DNA from: Vicugna vicugna
Taxonomy: Eukaryota
DNA length: 60,000 bases
Reading direction: 5' to 3'
Assembly (NCBI GenBank): GCA_013265495.1
Contig: MU057801.1
Coordinates: 2,326,301-2,386,300 of the forward strand
The notes below the pieces were generated by a model. It did not search any database and was not told the DNA's origin. It was given only the letters and a program-made list of their open reading frames with translations. The position numbers were made by a program, and so were the translations under genes. This document shows, piece by piece, positions 12,501 through 26,299 of the stretch; the stretch's first letter is position 1; each line of letters starts with the position of its first letter.

Positions 12501-14769
12501 CACTCGGAGGCTGCCTGGACAAAGACAATGGAATGAATTCAGATCATAGTCTTTCCCAGTCCCTAAAAGTAGGCAAAAAAAGGGAAAACCTAGCAACTCG
12601 TCCCCAGATTAAGACAGGGGAATCACCCTGTGTCAGGCCTCCCTCACCCCCTGTCCTCCTGGAGCTGTCTGCCCTGCGGTGCAGACCTGTGCGGACTCCA
12701 TCAGAGGGGCCACAGCCTCGAACTTCCTGTTGTGTTTGGCCAGTAAGGTGCGCGGTCTGAGGTGGAGGGCAGAAGGGAGAGGGGTGGTGCTGTTCCCCGG
12801 GCCCCACGGGGAGGCCGTCCTGCAGCAGACGACGGTCCTGTGCCCCGGCTCCCTAGCACCTGCAGCGTTGTGGGTGTCCGTAAATAAACCTTCCTGTTGC
12901 CAGTGTGTCCCACTGACCGTGCTGCCCAGCTCCTTGTCTGAGGCTGGCATAACCTTGAAACCCAGACCAGAAAGTGCCAGCACGAGAAAGGGCAATCTGG
13001 GGCCAGTCTCACTTGTGAACACAGACACAAAAATTCTGAACAAAAATTAGCAAGCACACCATGCACAAAACTTGATAGTTACAGGCACAGAAGTGTTGTG
13101 CGAAACTTTAAGACTTCTAGAAGCTTTAAATGAAAATACAGGAAGGTAGCTTTATGGCCTTGGTTTCCTAAATAGACAGCAACCCTGCAAACCACAGGAG
13201 AGAAAATCGATAGAGCCACCCCTTTAAGACTAAAGCTTTGTTTTCACCAACTCAGCACAACGCAAGTGAAAGGACAAACACAATCCAGAAAAGGAGCGCA
13301 CACACCCCCAAAATAACTGTTTTAAGGACGAGGACGGTCTACAAATCAGCGGAAGACAAGCAGCCGCCCAGAAGACGCGGGCAGTGGGCTTGCACGCGAG
13401 GGCTTGAAGGTGACCCCAGAGTCTCGTCCCCTTCAGCTCTGGCCGCTCGCTGGCCCGGGAGGACGGCGTCTGTCTACGGGAACCCGGAAAGACAGCAGAG
13501 GAAGTAGAGGCAGGTTCCTGTCAGCCTGCGGAGCCCGGTGCCTGCTGGGGCCTTCGGGGTGATGCCAGCGCCCAACCATCCGGGGCACCGGCCCGTTATG
13601 GCCGGCGCTGTGCTGCTGGCCTGCTCCCGGGACCGCAGGCGTCTCCAGCCAAGGCCAGCCCCGTCCTTCTGCGGCAGCCCAGGGACCCGGGCCGGGCAGT
13701 GCCCCCGCCAAACCCCGGCGTGAGGGACATGCGCGCCGTTCCTTGTTAGGCTCGTCAGGGCGGCTCTCAGATAGACTGGCGCCCTGCCCGGGTTAGGTCC
13801 AGGTCGGCAGTCAGTCTAGAGCCGGGCTGTTTACGGGACAGGGAAGAGCTGATCACGCACGGTGCCGCCCAAGCACACCCGCACACGGAATCCACACAGC
13901 AAGGCAGTGGAGAGAGGAGCCCAGAGGAGGCCAGGCCCGGCTGTCGGCATATTTGTTCTCCCAGAGTGAGGGGGAGAGGCTGGGAGGACGCAAGTCACAA
14001 AGAGGACGTCACAGTGACCGGCTCCCTGCCTGGGGGGAGCAGAGAGGGTGGAGGCCGCTGGAAGTGGCCCGGAGCCCCAGGGCATCCCACCTGCCCCCCT
14101 CCTGGTGCTGGAGGCCCCCCTCCTTACTGAGATAGCTGAGGCCTGCTTCCCCTCCCTGGCCCCGCCCTGAGCCCGCTCCTCCGTACCTTTTATAATCTAA
14201 TTTTCACAATCCTCCGAGGGGTTCACCACAGCCCAGTCTTACAGATGAAGAAGCAGACCCAGAAGGTGAAGCCACAGCCAAGCCACAGAGGACAGGCTGC
14301 CCCCGCCCCGCAGTGAGACCAGAGTGGCCAGCCTGGGTGTCCCGACACCGCTGTTTTGAGGTGTAATTGGCATACGTTCAGCTGCACAATCTGAAGAGCT
14401 TTGACACGTGGCTCAGGCCTGCAGTCATCACTACAACCCGTATAATGAGCACCTGTGTCACCCACAGCCCCTCGTGCCCCCTGCATTCCCTCGCTCCCGC
14501 CCTCACTCCACAGGTGTACCCAGGCCCCGTTTGTTTCCTCTGGTTCCGTGTTGTGACCAGGCCCCGTCTCCCGTTCTTTTACTGACGAGAGCAGGGCCGT
14601 GTTTTTCACTGTCCCATGAACACCGCCAGTGACGCATCCTCACTCCACGGCAACACCGGGCTCCTACTCCCCCAACCCCAGGCTGTGCCCGGCAGCACCT
14701 GTCCCCTGTTATCCCGCGGAAGTGAGTCGGCTCTGCTTCTCCTCGTCCTGTGGACGTGACTGGCCAGGG

Positions 14770-15470
14770 CCTCTGGTTCCGCGCTGCGCCACAGGCACGA
14801 CCCAGCCCCTGCTGCGAGCTGGCAAGAAATAGCCCTCCTGGTCTTCGCACCCAATTCCAGGCACAGAGCTCCCAGAACCCGTGCAGCTTCCTGGGTGGCA
14901 GGAGTGTCTCCCGTTCTGGTCAGGTGACTCTCAGTGGCTTCTGGGCGGGGGCTGGCCACCCTCTTCTCTTGAGAAGGGCGAAGGGCTGAAAACGGGGTGA
15001 TAGTCAATCATGTCCACGAGATGAAGCTGTCATAAAATTCCCCAAGTGTGGGGTTCGGGGACCACGGGGCAGCTGGGAGAGTGTGCAGGGGGCAGGCAGG
15101 CTCTGCGCCTCTTCCCACCTCTGCGCCACGCCCGTGTCCCTCTGGACGGTCACCTGTGTCCTCTAACAGATCCTTTCGTCACAAACCAGTGGTGAACCTA
15201 CATGCTCCCCGAGTTCTGTGAGGCGCTAGCAGACGCAGTGACCCCACAGAGCCGGTGTGGGGACCTCCGATCTCCAGTGCGTCGGTCAGAGCACAGGTGA
15301 CAAGCTGGACTTGCCATTGTCCTCGGAAGCGGGGGAGGCTGGTGGGACTGGGCCTTACCTGTGGGGTCTAACACCATCTCCAGGCAGAACTGAGTTGAAT
15401 CGCAAGACATCTGGCTGGGGTCGCAGAGGGTCTCCTGTGGCGAGGACCCCCCCCATTTGGTGAGCAGAGT
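14770..15470. mobile_element. MER21-like LTR relic (opposite orientation to the 42450-43110 copy)
   Basis: Shares reverse-complement motifs with 42450-43110, e.g. gatagtcaatcatgtccacgagatgaag versus cttcatcacatgggcatgatcaatcatc. Confidence 0.55.
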
Positions 15471-16489
15471 GTCCTAAATCGTGTCCAGTGGCAGCAGTAA
15501 AGGAGACCCAGGGGAGAGAGACCCACAGGGCAGAGCTGGGTTTTCCCCACACGGGCAGAAAGCTGAGTTTTCATTTTCACCTGTGTCCCCCTTTCCAAGG
15601 AAACGTCCAGAGACCTTTCTCCCTAATTCCGTGAACATGTCCAGGCTCCCCGTTCGCCTGTCAAAGGGTGTGGTCAGTCCCCTCCTGCTCACTGCAGGGA
15701 TTTAACCAGGCATGTTCCCTCCTTCCCGGATGTGGCCGAGTCCTCGCTCTTCTCACCGCGGGAGCCCGGGGGCTCCACTGTCCGCGACTCCACGAAGAAA
15801 TCAGGCCTCATACCTTCCCTTCCTGTGGACTTTATCAGTCTCAGTATTCATCCCTTAATTCATGGACACAGGCCCCTATGTCCACCAAGTTTTGTGGACG
15901 TGGTGGCCTCAGTCCCCTCTTAGCTTATGGACATTGAATGGCCACCTGTCCCTGCAGCGTGTTCTGGACAACAGGCGGGTCATTTCCCTTATTCCTTGAC
16001 CTTCGTCACTGCCCACTTCCCTCCTTCCGCGGACCCATCCAGCCCCCACCCCATTTCCCCCTAAACTGTGGGAACGAGTCTTCCCACTCCGTCTCCCTCC
16101 GATGCAGGGACGGAGCACTGCTCCCGTGGACGTCACCGGCCCTGTTCCTCACCCTCCGTGGACGGGACCAGGATGCTCGGTTCCACCCTTACTCTTGCAC
16201 AGAAACAGCTGTTTTCCCCTTAGTCCATGGATGCGGCCAGGACGCCTGCTCCTCCCTTAGCAATGGAGTTGATGAGGCCGCCCATTTCCTCCCGTTTCCT
16301 CTCGTTTCCACGGATGTGTTCGTTCCCCTTCTCGCTTTCCTGAGACGTGACCAGGGCCCTGCTCTCCCCTTGTCCTGTGGGAGTCAGCCCTCCGATTCCC
16401 CTAGTCACGGTGCGGCAGCCGAGACAATGCCCCCCAAGACACCCCAACCCCGACCCCGGGAACCTGCGAACAGCACCCTAAAAGCAAGG

Positions 16490-17660
16490 TGGTGAGGTGC
16501 GCAGACCGTCGTGGGTTTTCCAGACAGGCCCTGAGTGCTGTCCAACATCCGCGCAAGAGGGAGGCAGACAGAAAAGGAGGCCACATGACCACAGAGGCAG
16601 AGTCTGGCTGACGAGACCACGGGCCAAGGACGCCCATCAAACCCTCATCCCGCACCTGCTTTCATCATTGAAGGGAGGAGCGCGGCAGCCAGAAGTAAAG
16701 CACGTCTGTCTGAAGATACAGGTGACCGCCGCCCTCCCTGGGATGCAGAGCTTCCCTCCTTGGGCTCCGCCGTGAGCAGACTCCCTTCCCCGGCGCCTGG
16801 CCACGCGGACGCGCCGTGTGCGGGCTCACGTCGTTTTGGAAACCGTGAAGGAGGCCACCCTGACTTGTTTGATGTGCTGTGTTCTGATAAGACGTGAAAC
16901 TGCTGAAAACCAGGCTTCTCCAGAGCAGCTCCTCGGAGCTACAGTCCTCAGTGCGGCTCGAATAAAACTCTCTTCTATTCTGATTACAGGCTGGTTACTG
17001 ACTGTTTGCACGGACAGCGTCATGCCATCAACTGATCTGCAACTTGATCCACAGTTGGTCAACTGCCCCACAACTGCCCTTTCTCTGGAGCAGAACCCGT
17101 TTAGGATCCCACCTTGCTGAGAGTTCTAAAAGTTGGGGGAGCTCTTACGGGCTTCCGGGCACAAGTGATGAGGTTCAGGGCACACTTCCCCCAAATACGG
17201 CACCTTGGCTTCTCCCGTGTCTTAAGGTGGGGGAGTTTGAGAAGACGGCAGAAGCAGGGACGTCCCTCTGACCTCCCCGCTCCCTTCTACCCTGAAGCAG
17301 GAGTCAAATGTCCCAAGTGAAGGGTGCCCTCTCTGGACCAGGAGGGCAGAGAAAGCCTGGTGAGCAGAGACGGCGATTCAGGGCCAAGAAGGCGGCGTAG
17401 ACGCACCTGCTGCCCCTTCACCCCAACCACGCCGAGCCCAGCCCTCTGCTCACTCTTCACAGGTTTGCTGTGTGTTTGCTGCAAGGTGTAAAAGCTCCCT
17501 GCTCTGGTCACTTCTTTGCGTCTTCATCCTCTTTGAAAGCTCTCACGTACATGTCCAAGGTCAGTAACTTTACATGGTTGTCTCCTATTAATCCACCTTA
17601 CGTCAGTCTAATTCTTAGGCCGAGACAGAGACCCGAAGAAGGGAGAGGAAATTCCCCTCC
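16490..17660. mobile_element. Cluster of ERV LTR fragments
   Basis: LTR-like segments with AATAAA near 16960 and typical U3/R composition; family not identified. Confidence 0.4.
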
Positions 17661-18371
17661 CCTACTCAGTCTTCAGGGCTTCATTTCTGAGTGAGGCCCA
17701 CAACTCAGTCCTCCCTCACTGAGAGGCCAGGGCTACTTCACAATGCTCTGCGGGGCCACACCTAGTTGGCAAGACCTAGCACAGGGGCCTGCAGGCACAG
17801 CGGGACCCAGGAGACAGAGCTCAGCGGTGAGGGGGCAGAGAACCATTCTCTAGGAGAAGCACGGGGCGGGGTTGATGACGGGGCTGGACAGTTGAAACCC
17901 ACTGTAGGTAAGCGGAACGTATCACTCCCTGTCCCGTGTCCCTGATGCCTCGCATCCCAGTTCAAACGTCACCTTCTCTGTAAGCCTTCCCTGAGGCCCA
18001 CCAATGGCACTTCTCTGTCCAGTCACCTGTGGGGTCTGTCCTGGGGGCCGTCCTCCTCACCAGGTGTAGCGGCAGGGAGAGGGTCTTGCCCGCTTGGCAG
18101 GTGTTTAGAAGTGACACCTGCTGGAATCACGGGAGAGCCCAGTGGGTGTGAAAGGAGGGTCGGGCCTCCACGCAGGGAGAGTCCCCCGGTGGGTCCTTCG
18201 GTCAGATCATGGGGCCCCTGGAAGGAAGGGGTGTCAGCCTCTGTTTAACTGCAGGCAGAGTCTCCGGGGCAGCCGGTGTTGGCTGGCGAGGGCTGCGGGC
18301 GGGGACAGCGGCCAGCGGACGAGGCCGGCCCCTTTCTACCTGGAAGGCACCGCAGTGAGGAGGCCACAGAG

Positions 18372-18590
18372 ATGGGAGCCGGATGTGGGGGGCACCCTCT
18401 GCTGCTGCTGGTGGCCCTGGCCCTGGCGGCCAGGCTGGGCCGGCCTCAGAGGTGGGGCGGCTTCCAGGAGAAGTCCACGAGCGTGAAGAACATGAACTCC
18501 ACGCTGGCCTTCTACACGGACGCCTACAACAACAAGAGCAACGACTCCTACCTGTTCCGCGTGGACAAGCTGCTCCGAAGTCAGGTGCAG
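18372..18590 (+). CDS. CSTL1: Cystatin-like 1, coding exon 1 (join 18372-18590, 20971-21084, 21751-21834; 138 aa)
   Basis: MGAGCGGHPLLLLVALALAARLGRPQRWGGFQEK...YNNKSNDSYLFRVDKLLRSQVQ: signal peptide plus cystatin N-terminal half. 219 nt, donor GTGAGC. Confidence 0.93.
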
Positions 18591-20970
18591 GTGAGCGGCC
18601 GGGCTCCCGCTGCGGGGACGGGAGGACCCTGCAGGGTGGCCCAGCCCCGGAGCTGCCTGAGCACCGAGGGGCCGGCCGAGGCCGGGGGCCGGACTGTCAC
18701 TCTGGTCTGAGCAGACATGTGCCCTGAGTCTCACAGCGGCTCTTCCAGCGCTCGACTTGTCTTTCGCTCTGAAATGAGGTCCTGCCGAGGGACAGCCAGC
18801 CAGGAAGGTTTTGTTTCCCCCGTTCGTCTCGTTTGGCAAAACACAGATGTTCTCTGTAGGCCCCTCTCAGCCGTGGTTCCCACGTCCAGGGCTGGAACAT
18901 CCGCTCGGGGACTTTCTGGCCGTGCCCCTCGGAAACCTGGGCTCACACAGAGGGCCTCCAGCCACGTTATGCGGGAGCCGGGAATTACCAAGGGATTCTG
19001 GGGAGCAGGGAATCACGGGGCAGGGACAGGCTCCAACCAGATCATCTCTCCTGTTTCACATATAAAGCTTCTCTGAAGGATAGTGTTTGAGGGATAACAG
19101 AGGAAAGAAAAGCTGTTTAAAAACCACTTTTGTTTGGTCCAACCTGCCGTCAAGTTTAGACAGTAAGCCATGTATTAGAGCAGAGGCAATAACACAGCTT
19201 CATTCGGTTAACTGGATTTGGAAAGATCACCTGGCTGGGAGAAAAGGGCCCGGCCTGAGAGCGGGGCAGTGGGCACAGAGAGCAGCAGAGGGGGTGGGCG
19301 GTGCCCGTGTGACACTGGTGGGCCTCATGGGGTGTGCACGGCAGCCTGCCCTGAGCCCCCGCTCCTGCTCAGGCGAGCCAGGGACACTGAGGACGCTTGG
19401 CCACAAGGTGGCGGCCGTCCACCAACGTTCTGCCCCTGTTGGCGTCTCCAGGGGCCTGCCGTGTGGACTGGGTCCATCACTAACAGCACCTAAGGCGGCT
19501 GCTTACAAGCAGCTTCTGATGCCGTTCAGGCCGATCAGCGGTCAGAGGGGACGTGCCCCTTGCAGCGGGGTGACCCAGGGCGAGGGCCCCTGGGCCCCCG
19601 GCACCTGCTGCCCTGCGCCGGTGGGCGCGGAGGTGCACGCAGCGGGCCGGCTCCACTGGGCCCCTGGACCCCCTTCACCCGTGAAGACCCTTCACTGCCG
19701 TGATTGTTCCTGTTCCTGTTTAATGGCCAGTCTAACAACGAGGCAGCAGACACCTGGCACGCCGAAACGTCAGTGAAATCCACACCGATGCTCCGGCTTC
19801 CGTGTATGTGCGGGTCACACGTGCTGATGTCAGGGTGGACCTCTTGGTCTGAGCCTTGCGGGCCGGATGGAGCTGCCCTTTGATGGACAGCCGGGCCCTG
19901 GTCCTGAGGTCTTTTTGGTGGACGCGGGACCAGGCCGGCGGTCCTGCCCTCAGGCCCCTCCCCCGCATGCTCTGCCTCGAGGTTTCTGGGGCTCTGTCCG
20001 CCCCCTCTGTTGCCACCACAGAGAGTGCCTGGTCTCCTCGCTGGTTCGACCACTGAGTCTGGGACAAGGCAGCGGGGCCCTCCCCCGAGTCTCTCCCCTC
20101 GCCAGGTGGATGATCCAGCGCACACGCTCACGTGGGGTCCATCTGTTGGCCTGTTCCTCCTGGGTTTGGGGCTTCCGGCCACAGGGGGCCTCCCCAGTGT
20201 CTCCCCATCTAGTCCTGGCAGCCTGGCACTCGGACATGGGAACAGGAGCCAGGGCCTGCACTCTCCGTGGGTGTGTGCACACCTGGGGAGGAATTGGTGC
20301 CACGCCACCCCGCCACCCATTTTCTAGGGAAGGGAACTGAGACCCAGGAGGTGGACGGACCTGGTCCCGGGCCCAGGGCCAGGGGAAGTTCCTCCGTCTC
20401 CTGTTCTCCCCCACACCACTCACGCTGCCTCTGAGTGCTTTCCTGCGATTGGCTAAAACATGTCCTCATTCGTGGTCGTTGAGCTGATCGACAATTTGTT
20501 TTGCATGTTCAGTGGGTGCACACCTGGGCAGGCACTGGGAGAGGAGGAGCGCGTGAGGCGCACGGCCGCAGGGGCCCAGGAGGGGGTGGGGAGTGTGCTC
20601 AGGTCAGCCCGGTCCCTACACCCAGGCCATCAGCTGTGGTGCCAGCTGCTCGGCCGTCAGGTCAGGTGTGGCAGGAAGGACAGCAGGGAGGGGGGACAAG
20701 GTCATGGTTCCACGCATCCTGAGGACCATGCGTGCAGGCCAGGGCTACGATGGGTCCCGAGGAAGCAGGAGACGGTGAGAAGCCACCTGTGGCTGCAGCG
20801 GTGCGCTGGTCCAGAGCAAGGGACAGCTCCGCACGCTCTGGGCGCTGACGGGGCCTCGGCTGCCACCACGTGTCCTCCCGCCGGGAGGGGAGGAGGGCGA
20901 GCCCCGGGACTCCTGGGCCTCCCTCTCACCCCAGCTCCGGGGTCAGAACTAACAGCTCTTTTCTGGGCAG

Positions 20971-21084
20971 CTGACCACAGGAGTGGAGTACCTGGTCACC
21001 GTGAGGATCAGCCGGACCAAGTGCAAGAGGACTGACACAGGCACCCGCCCCTGCCCCGTCCAGAGCAAGAATAAGCTGAGGAAG
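20971..21084 (+). CDS. CSTL1: Cystatin-like 1, coding exon 2
   Basis: Acceptor ttttctgggcag, then LTTGVEYLVTVRISRTKCKRTDTGTRPCPVQSKNKLRK, then donor GTGCGC. 114 nt, phase 0, carries the first disulfide Cys pair. Confidence 0.93.
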
Positions 21085-21750
21085 GTGCGCCCGCCTGCCC
21101 GCCCGGGAGCAGGGTCTGCAGTGGAGGGGATGGGGTGGCTGGGGCGGGGCGAGGGCTCAGCCCAGGGCTGGCACGGGGGGTGGGGACGTGAGGAGGGAAG
21201 CCCTCTGGCTGGGCCTCGCCCCACCCTGGGCGGCGCTGCGCTGGCCCCGGCCTCCGGCCACCAGTCCTCACCCACCTGGCCCTCTCCCCAGCCCTCAGGC
21301 GGGAGCAGAGCTTGCTTCCCTCAGGGACCTTCTCTGGGTCTTGGTCAGCACCCCCAGGTCCCTGTGGATTGTCCAGTCGCCTCCCTATCTCCCAGCCTCT
21401 GCCCTCTTCCTGGTCCCTCCTGCTGGCACCCCCTGCCAGCTGGCAGGCCCAAAGGGCTCTCCCTGTCCCCAGGTGCAGGGGTGCCTCTCAGGGGATGCCT
21501 GCTCCGGCTCCTGAGTGGCTGGGCAGGGGAGCCTAGGACGACATTTCTGTGCTGGCCGACAGCCCCCCTCGCCCCAGCATGTGACAGTGAGCACATCCGG
21601 CCTTGCCCACGTGGTCACGTGGTCGTGTGGTCGGTGAGCAGCCTCAGAAGTGGGTCCGGACTCCCCCAGACTGCGGTGGGGGGCGGGGACTTCTGTCGCC
21701 TTCGGAAAACGTTTCCCTGAGAACTGATGGTCCGTCTTCTCTCTCCTCAG

Positions 21751-21834
21751 AGCTTCATTTGCGACTTTCTGGTGTACACTTTGCCCTGGCTGAACCATTA
21801 CCAGCTTTGGAACAACTCCTGTCTGGAGGCCTAA
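21751..21834 (+). CDS. CSTL1: Cystatin-like 1, coding exon 3
   Basis: Acceptor tctctctcctcag, then SFICDFLVYTLPWLNHYQLWNNSCLEA*. PW motif and second Cys pair; TAA at 21832-21834. Confidence 0.93.
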   Translation, partial: SFICDFLVYTLPWLNHYQLWNNSCLEA

Positions 21835-23799
21835 GTGCATGTGTGCAAAGTCTTTGATAAACCTCAGACGGCAGCACTGTGTGCTGTTTATTGTGGAATC
21901 TGAAAGGCCCTGTGTGCCTGGTCAGGGTCTCCGCACACAGCCCCACTCGCACCTGGAGGCACGCTCACACGCGCCCACACGCGCAGGCCCACGGGGCACG
22001 TACACACTCAGCACGCATTCGGGGGTCTTTGGGCGGCTGCTGCGGTTTGAGCAGGAGGCTGCTAATTCTTTGGGGGCCTGCTAACTTTCCCACCTCCAGC
22101 CCGTATCTCTGAGGCTGTTCCCGATTCAGGCACGTCCTGACTCTGGCCTGACCTTGGAGAGCCCCGTTTCTCCCCCGCACACGTCCAGCTCTGTGACTGA
22201 CTCCCAGGACCTGGCAGGCGCAGAGTTGTACTCAGGGCTGTGACCTACCGTGGTGAAGGACGCAGACAAACTGAGCAAAGGGAGGAGGCCAGCAGGGAGG
22301 AGACGTCCGGGGCACAGCACGGGGTTCTGGGTCCCCTCCCGGGGCAGCCACCCAGGACGCGCCTCAGTCCTCCAGGAGTCAGGTGAAATGTTTGCCAGGG
22401 ATGCTCCTTGGGGCTCAGTGTCCCGGGGTTTCCCTGGAGCTGCTCACACAGGCACCCTCTGTCCAGCGTGGACCGAAATGGCAGGTTCTGGAAGGAAAGC
22501 AGGTGCTGAGCGTCAGTCCTGGTGTTTGCACAACATGGACCCAGTGAGGCCCCGATCACTTAGGGGAAGATTTAGAGCCATGTCAGGAACTGTTTACCAT
22601 CCTAGCTCCTGGGTTCCGGCCAAGGCCAACTGTGCAAGCAGGCCTCTCCGAGGACCCGGTCTTGGGCTGGCTGCGGGATCTCTCCTTGAGCCTCAGACAT
22701 GCTCACCGCTGGTGGCATCTTCCCTCACATAACTCATAGTCTGGCAGAAAGATGCACCCTGGACCACAAATGGGGAGCGGCTGTGGGCTGTGAGCTGCCC
22801 CCAGACCAGCTGGTCCCTCCCCGGGGCCTGGTCCCACCAGCACAGTCAGACCAGCCACCTGAGAGAGAGTTTCCAAAGGGGAGGAGTGGACACCGCAGGA
22901 AGCACAGGTCTCCCCAAGAGCCCTGGGGCAGAGGGGAGGATGGAGGGAAAGGGTCAAAGGCGGTGAAATTCTCCTGCCAGCAACACAGAAGCACCCAGCT
23001 CTGAAAGGCTGATGTCGCTGGGGGCTGCCTGCGCCTGCATGGCCTGCCATCCCCACTGCCTCCCTCGGTCCACGTGACAACCCGATGAAAGAGTGGTTTA
23101 CGTCCACGTCACTGGTGCGGAGCTGCCAAGGGTAACCTCTGTCGGATCGCAGCCGAGCGCAGCCCACTGGCTGAAGTCTTAGAAGTGGACCCCCACAGTC
23201 ACAGTCTTCTGTCTCTGGCTTCTGTCTCACGAGAGTTTCTGAATCCGTCCGCGTCCTGTGCACTGTGGCTCACATGTAGGGCTGTGTAGGTTTCCCTCGT
23301 GTGAGCCTACTGTGACTTACCATCCATTCTACTGGGGGCCGGCCTGCGGCTAGTTTCCAGCTTTTGACAAGAAGAGCATTAAGAACAACCTGCATGGTCC
23401 CGTCTGAGAGGGGACAGGCGCACGCGTCTCCGCTGGGACGGCCCTGAGAGTGGAGTCGGTGGATGACAAGACGTGTGTGTGTTCAGCCTTCAGCTAATTT
23501 ACTCAAGACCTTTGAACATTTTCTAATTATTTGATCTATGTCTGTCAGTTACTTCATTATTGATTGACATCCGCTCAAAGTCTGACTTCTTTTTTTATCT
23601 TTTATTCATATGGCCACATGGCTTCATTTCTGTCTTTATTTTATGTAGTTTTATATTGACACTCTCACCTTTTTCATACCATTTTCCCAAACTTTATGAC
23701 TTTGCTTTGAGGTTTCAAGGCGAACTCTCCCCTCCCCACCCCACCCACCCACCTTGCGTTTTCATAAACACAACTAGGAAGGCAGGTCTGGGGCAGGCA

Positions 23800-24130
23800 C
23801 CTGTGACAGGAGTGGGGAGGCAGGCCCTGACCTCTAAGAGACCAAGACAGGTCTCCTTATCAGAGAGAGGCAGAGAGGGCTTGGCAGAGACGTGTGGAGG
23901 ATGAGGCACGTGGAGACAGAGGCAGCGATGGGGTCGTGTGACCACAGCCCGCAGCGCCAGTGGCCACCAGAGTCGGGAGGAGGCAAGGAACAGATTCCAG
24001 CCCAGAGCCTCCGGGAGGAGCCCGGCCCGGCCGACACCTCTGAGCTCAGGCTCACGGCCCCAGAACTGTGGGAAACACACTTCTGCAGCTTTAAGCCACC
24101 AAGCTGGCCGCCTGTTACAGCAGCTGCAGC
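23800..24130 (+). mobile_element. MLT1 (ERVL-MaLR) LTR
   Basis: gtggagacagaggcag...ggaggaggcaaggaacagattc...cagaactgtgggaa...ttaagccacc. Confidence 0.75.
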
Positions 24131-24689
24131 AGCTCATGCCCTGGGTCGTCTTCTTGCTTCGTCCACCTCAGACTTGGGGGTGAAGAAGCTGCTAGCATTT
24201 TGCCTAACGTGTAGACAAAGACTCCCCAACCAGAGCTCGCTCTCTGCCGTCCAAGGGCCAGGAGGGGGGCGGCCCTGCAGGACAGGAAACACTGGGGCAG
24301 CAACGGCTGTGCCCCAGCCAACTCCGCAGGAGGAGGGGAGGGTCCACGGCCCCGGCCGAGCATAGGCCGAGCCGGGTGCCTGAACTTTCAGCCCCTCGGG
24401 ACCACGACCAGGAGCCTGACACCACGTGGGTGAGGTGTCAGAGACGGCCGGCAGGACTGCCATCCCTGCTGGGGGCCGCCAGCCCCCCACTGCCTGTGCG
24501 GATAGAGAAACCTCCTGGAGAGTCTGGAGTTTGGTTTCTCCCCATGGCGGGGGTATCAGAGGAGGCAGTGGGGAGCACAGGCCTGGGGGAGCCCGAACTC
24601 CACCCATGTCCAGGGTGGTGGGAGCCCCAGCCTGGGTCAACAAGCCACATGGGGACCTGGGCTCCCCCCACCAGGGCCCTGTCAGAGGG

Positions 24690-26277
24690 GCTTGCTAGAA
24701 GACAGAGAAAGACAATCCAGAGTTATCATACGAACATGTCCAGGTTTTAACAGAAAATCACCTGTCCTGCTAAGAGCCAGGACAGTTTCAGCTTACACAC
24801 GAGAAGAGGCAGTGAGCAGGTGCTCACGTAGAGATGACGCAGACGTCAAAATCATCGGATGGAGGCTGCAAGGCAGCCGTCATGGAAATGTTACAACGAG
24901 CCATTATAAACCCACTTCAAGCAAATGAACACGCAGAAAGTCTCAGCAAACGTGAAGAAACTCGGCCAAGGAAGAGGAGCTACAAAGAAACCAACGGAAA
25001 TCTTAGAACTGAAAAGTGCAGTAACGGGGATGAGACCGCGTGAGGGGGCCCCCCAGGGGAATGGCGGAAAAGGGGTGAGAGTGACCTGACTGCAGAGAGA
25101 GCAATGGGGACCAGCCGCTCGGAGCCACAGTGAGGCCAGCACAAAAGGTCTAACCCAGCGAGCCCGGAAGGAGAGGAGAGAGAGGGCTGAAAACCTGAAG
25201 AAGCCATGGCTGAGGACCTCCCCACTGCGGCAAAGGGCCTCGACATGAGATTTGAGACACTGCTGGAATTCTAAATATGACTAAACCGAGGAAGTCCACA
25301 CCCAGGCACGGGAGGGTCAGACTTCTGAAAATTAAAGACAAAGAAAAAAATCTTGAGAGCCATGAGAGAGAAAAGATGCCTTATCACTGAGAAAAGAAGA
25401 AACCGACTTGGAGTGGCCACAGATCTCTCACCATAAACCGTGGGGGCCAGAAGTGGCATAACACTATCCAGGTGCTGAAAGGAAAAAAAAACTGTCTGCC
25501 CAGAATCCTATGTCCACCTAAAATATTGTTTAGGAGCGAAGGGGAAATCAAGTCATTCTCAGGTGGAGGGAGATGAAGAGAATTTGCCCCAGAAGCTCCG
25601 CCCGCGAAGAATTGGTAAGAGCTCTCTAGATGGAGAGGGCTCTGTGAAAGGGAGACTCGTAAAATGTCAGAAAGAAGACCCTTAAAAAGTAAAACTTTGA
25701 GTAAATGCAATAGGCCTTCCTTCCTGTGAGTTTGTAGACTATGTTTGATGGTTAAGGCGAAGATCAGATCATTGATGTGGTTCCTGATGTATGTAGAAGA
25801 AACAGTTCGGACGCCCGGAAACAAGGGCAGACAAAGGGAGGGAAACGGCCACACGACTGGTAGAACACTGACCCCACGGTCCGAGGCGCACGCCCGTGAT
25901 GGGACCTCCAGGCCGACAACGGGAAGGCTGTGCAGAGACACGCAGACACAGTGCAGACCCACAAAAGCAAAACCCTGAAAAACGTTCAAGTAACTCACAG
26001 GAAGAATAAAGAAAACAGAAATAAAAAGCAGAGAGGACAGAAAACAAAGAGCAAAATGGACTTAAGCTCTGACGTGTTAATAATTCCATGAACGGCACAT
26101 ACAAACTGCGTGTAGACTGTCTAAACACACTGATTAAAAGACAGACATCGATAGTGAATTTAAAAAGTGGCCCAACTATGCACCGTCAACAAGAAACTCC
26201 CTTCAAATATAATGGTGTAGGTAGGCTGAAGGTAAAAACATGAAAAGTTACATTATGCAAACACTCATTGAAAGCAG
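24690..26277 (+). mobile_element. Ancient L1 (ORF1 remnant to start of ORF2), host of a younger L1
   Basis: Degenerate ORF1 (cagaatcctatgtccacctaaaatat) and endonuclease start; the element resumes at about 28250. Confidence 0.7.
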
Positions 26278-26299
26278 CGTTAATATCCTGCTTTCTGTA

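Noticed and set aside
19087..20423. Overlapping 150-260 aa ORFs in CSTL1 intron 1 and similar GC-rich regions
   Set aside because: Low-complexity G/P/R/A composition in several frames at once, as expected by chance at this GC content.
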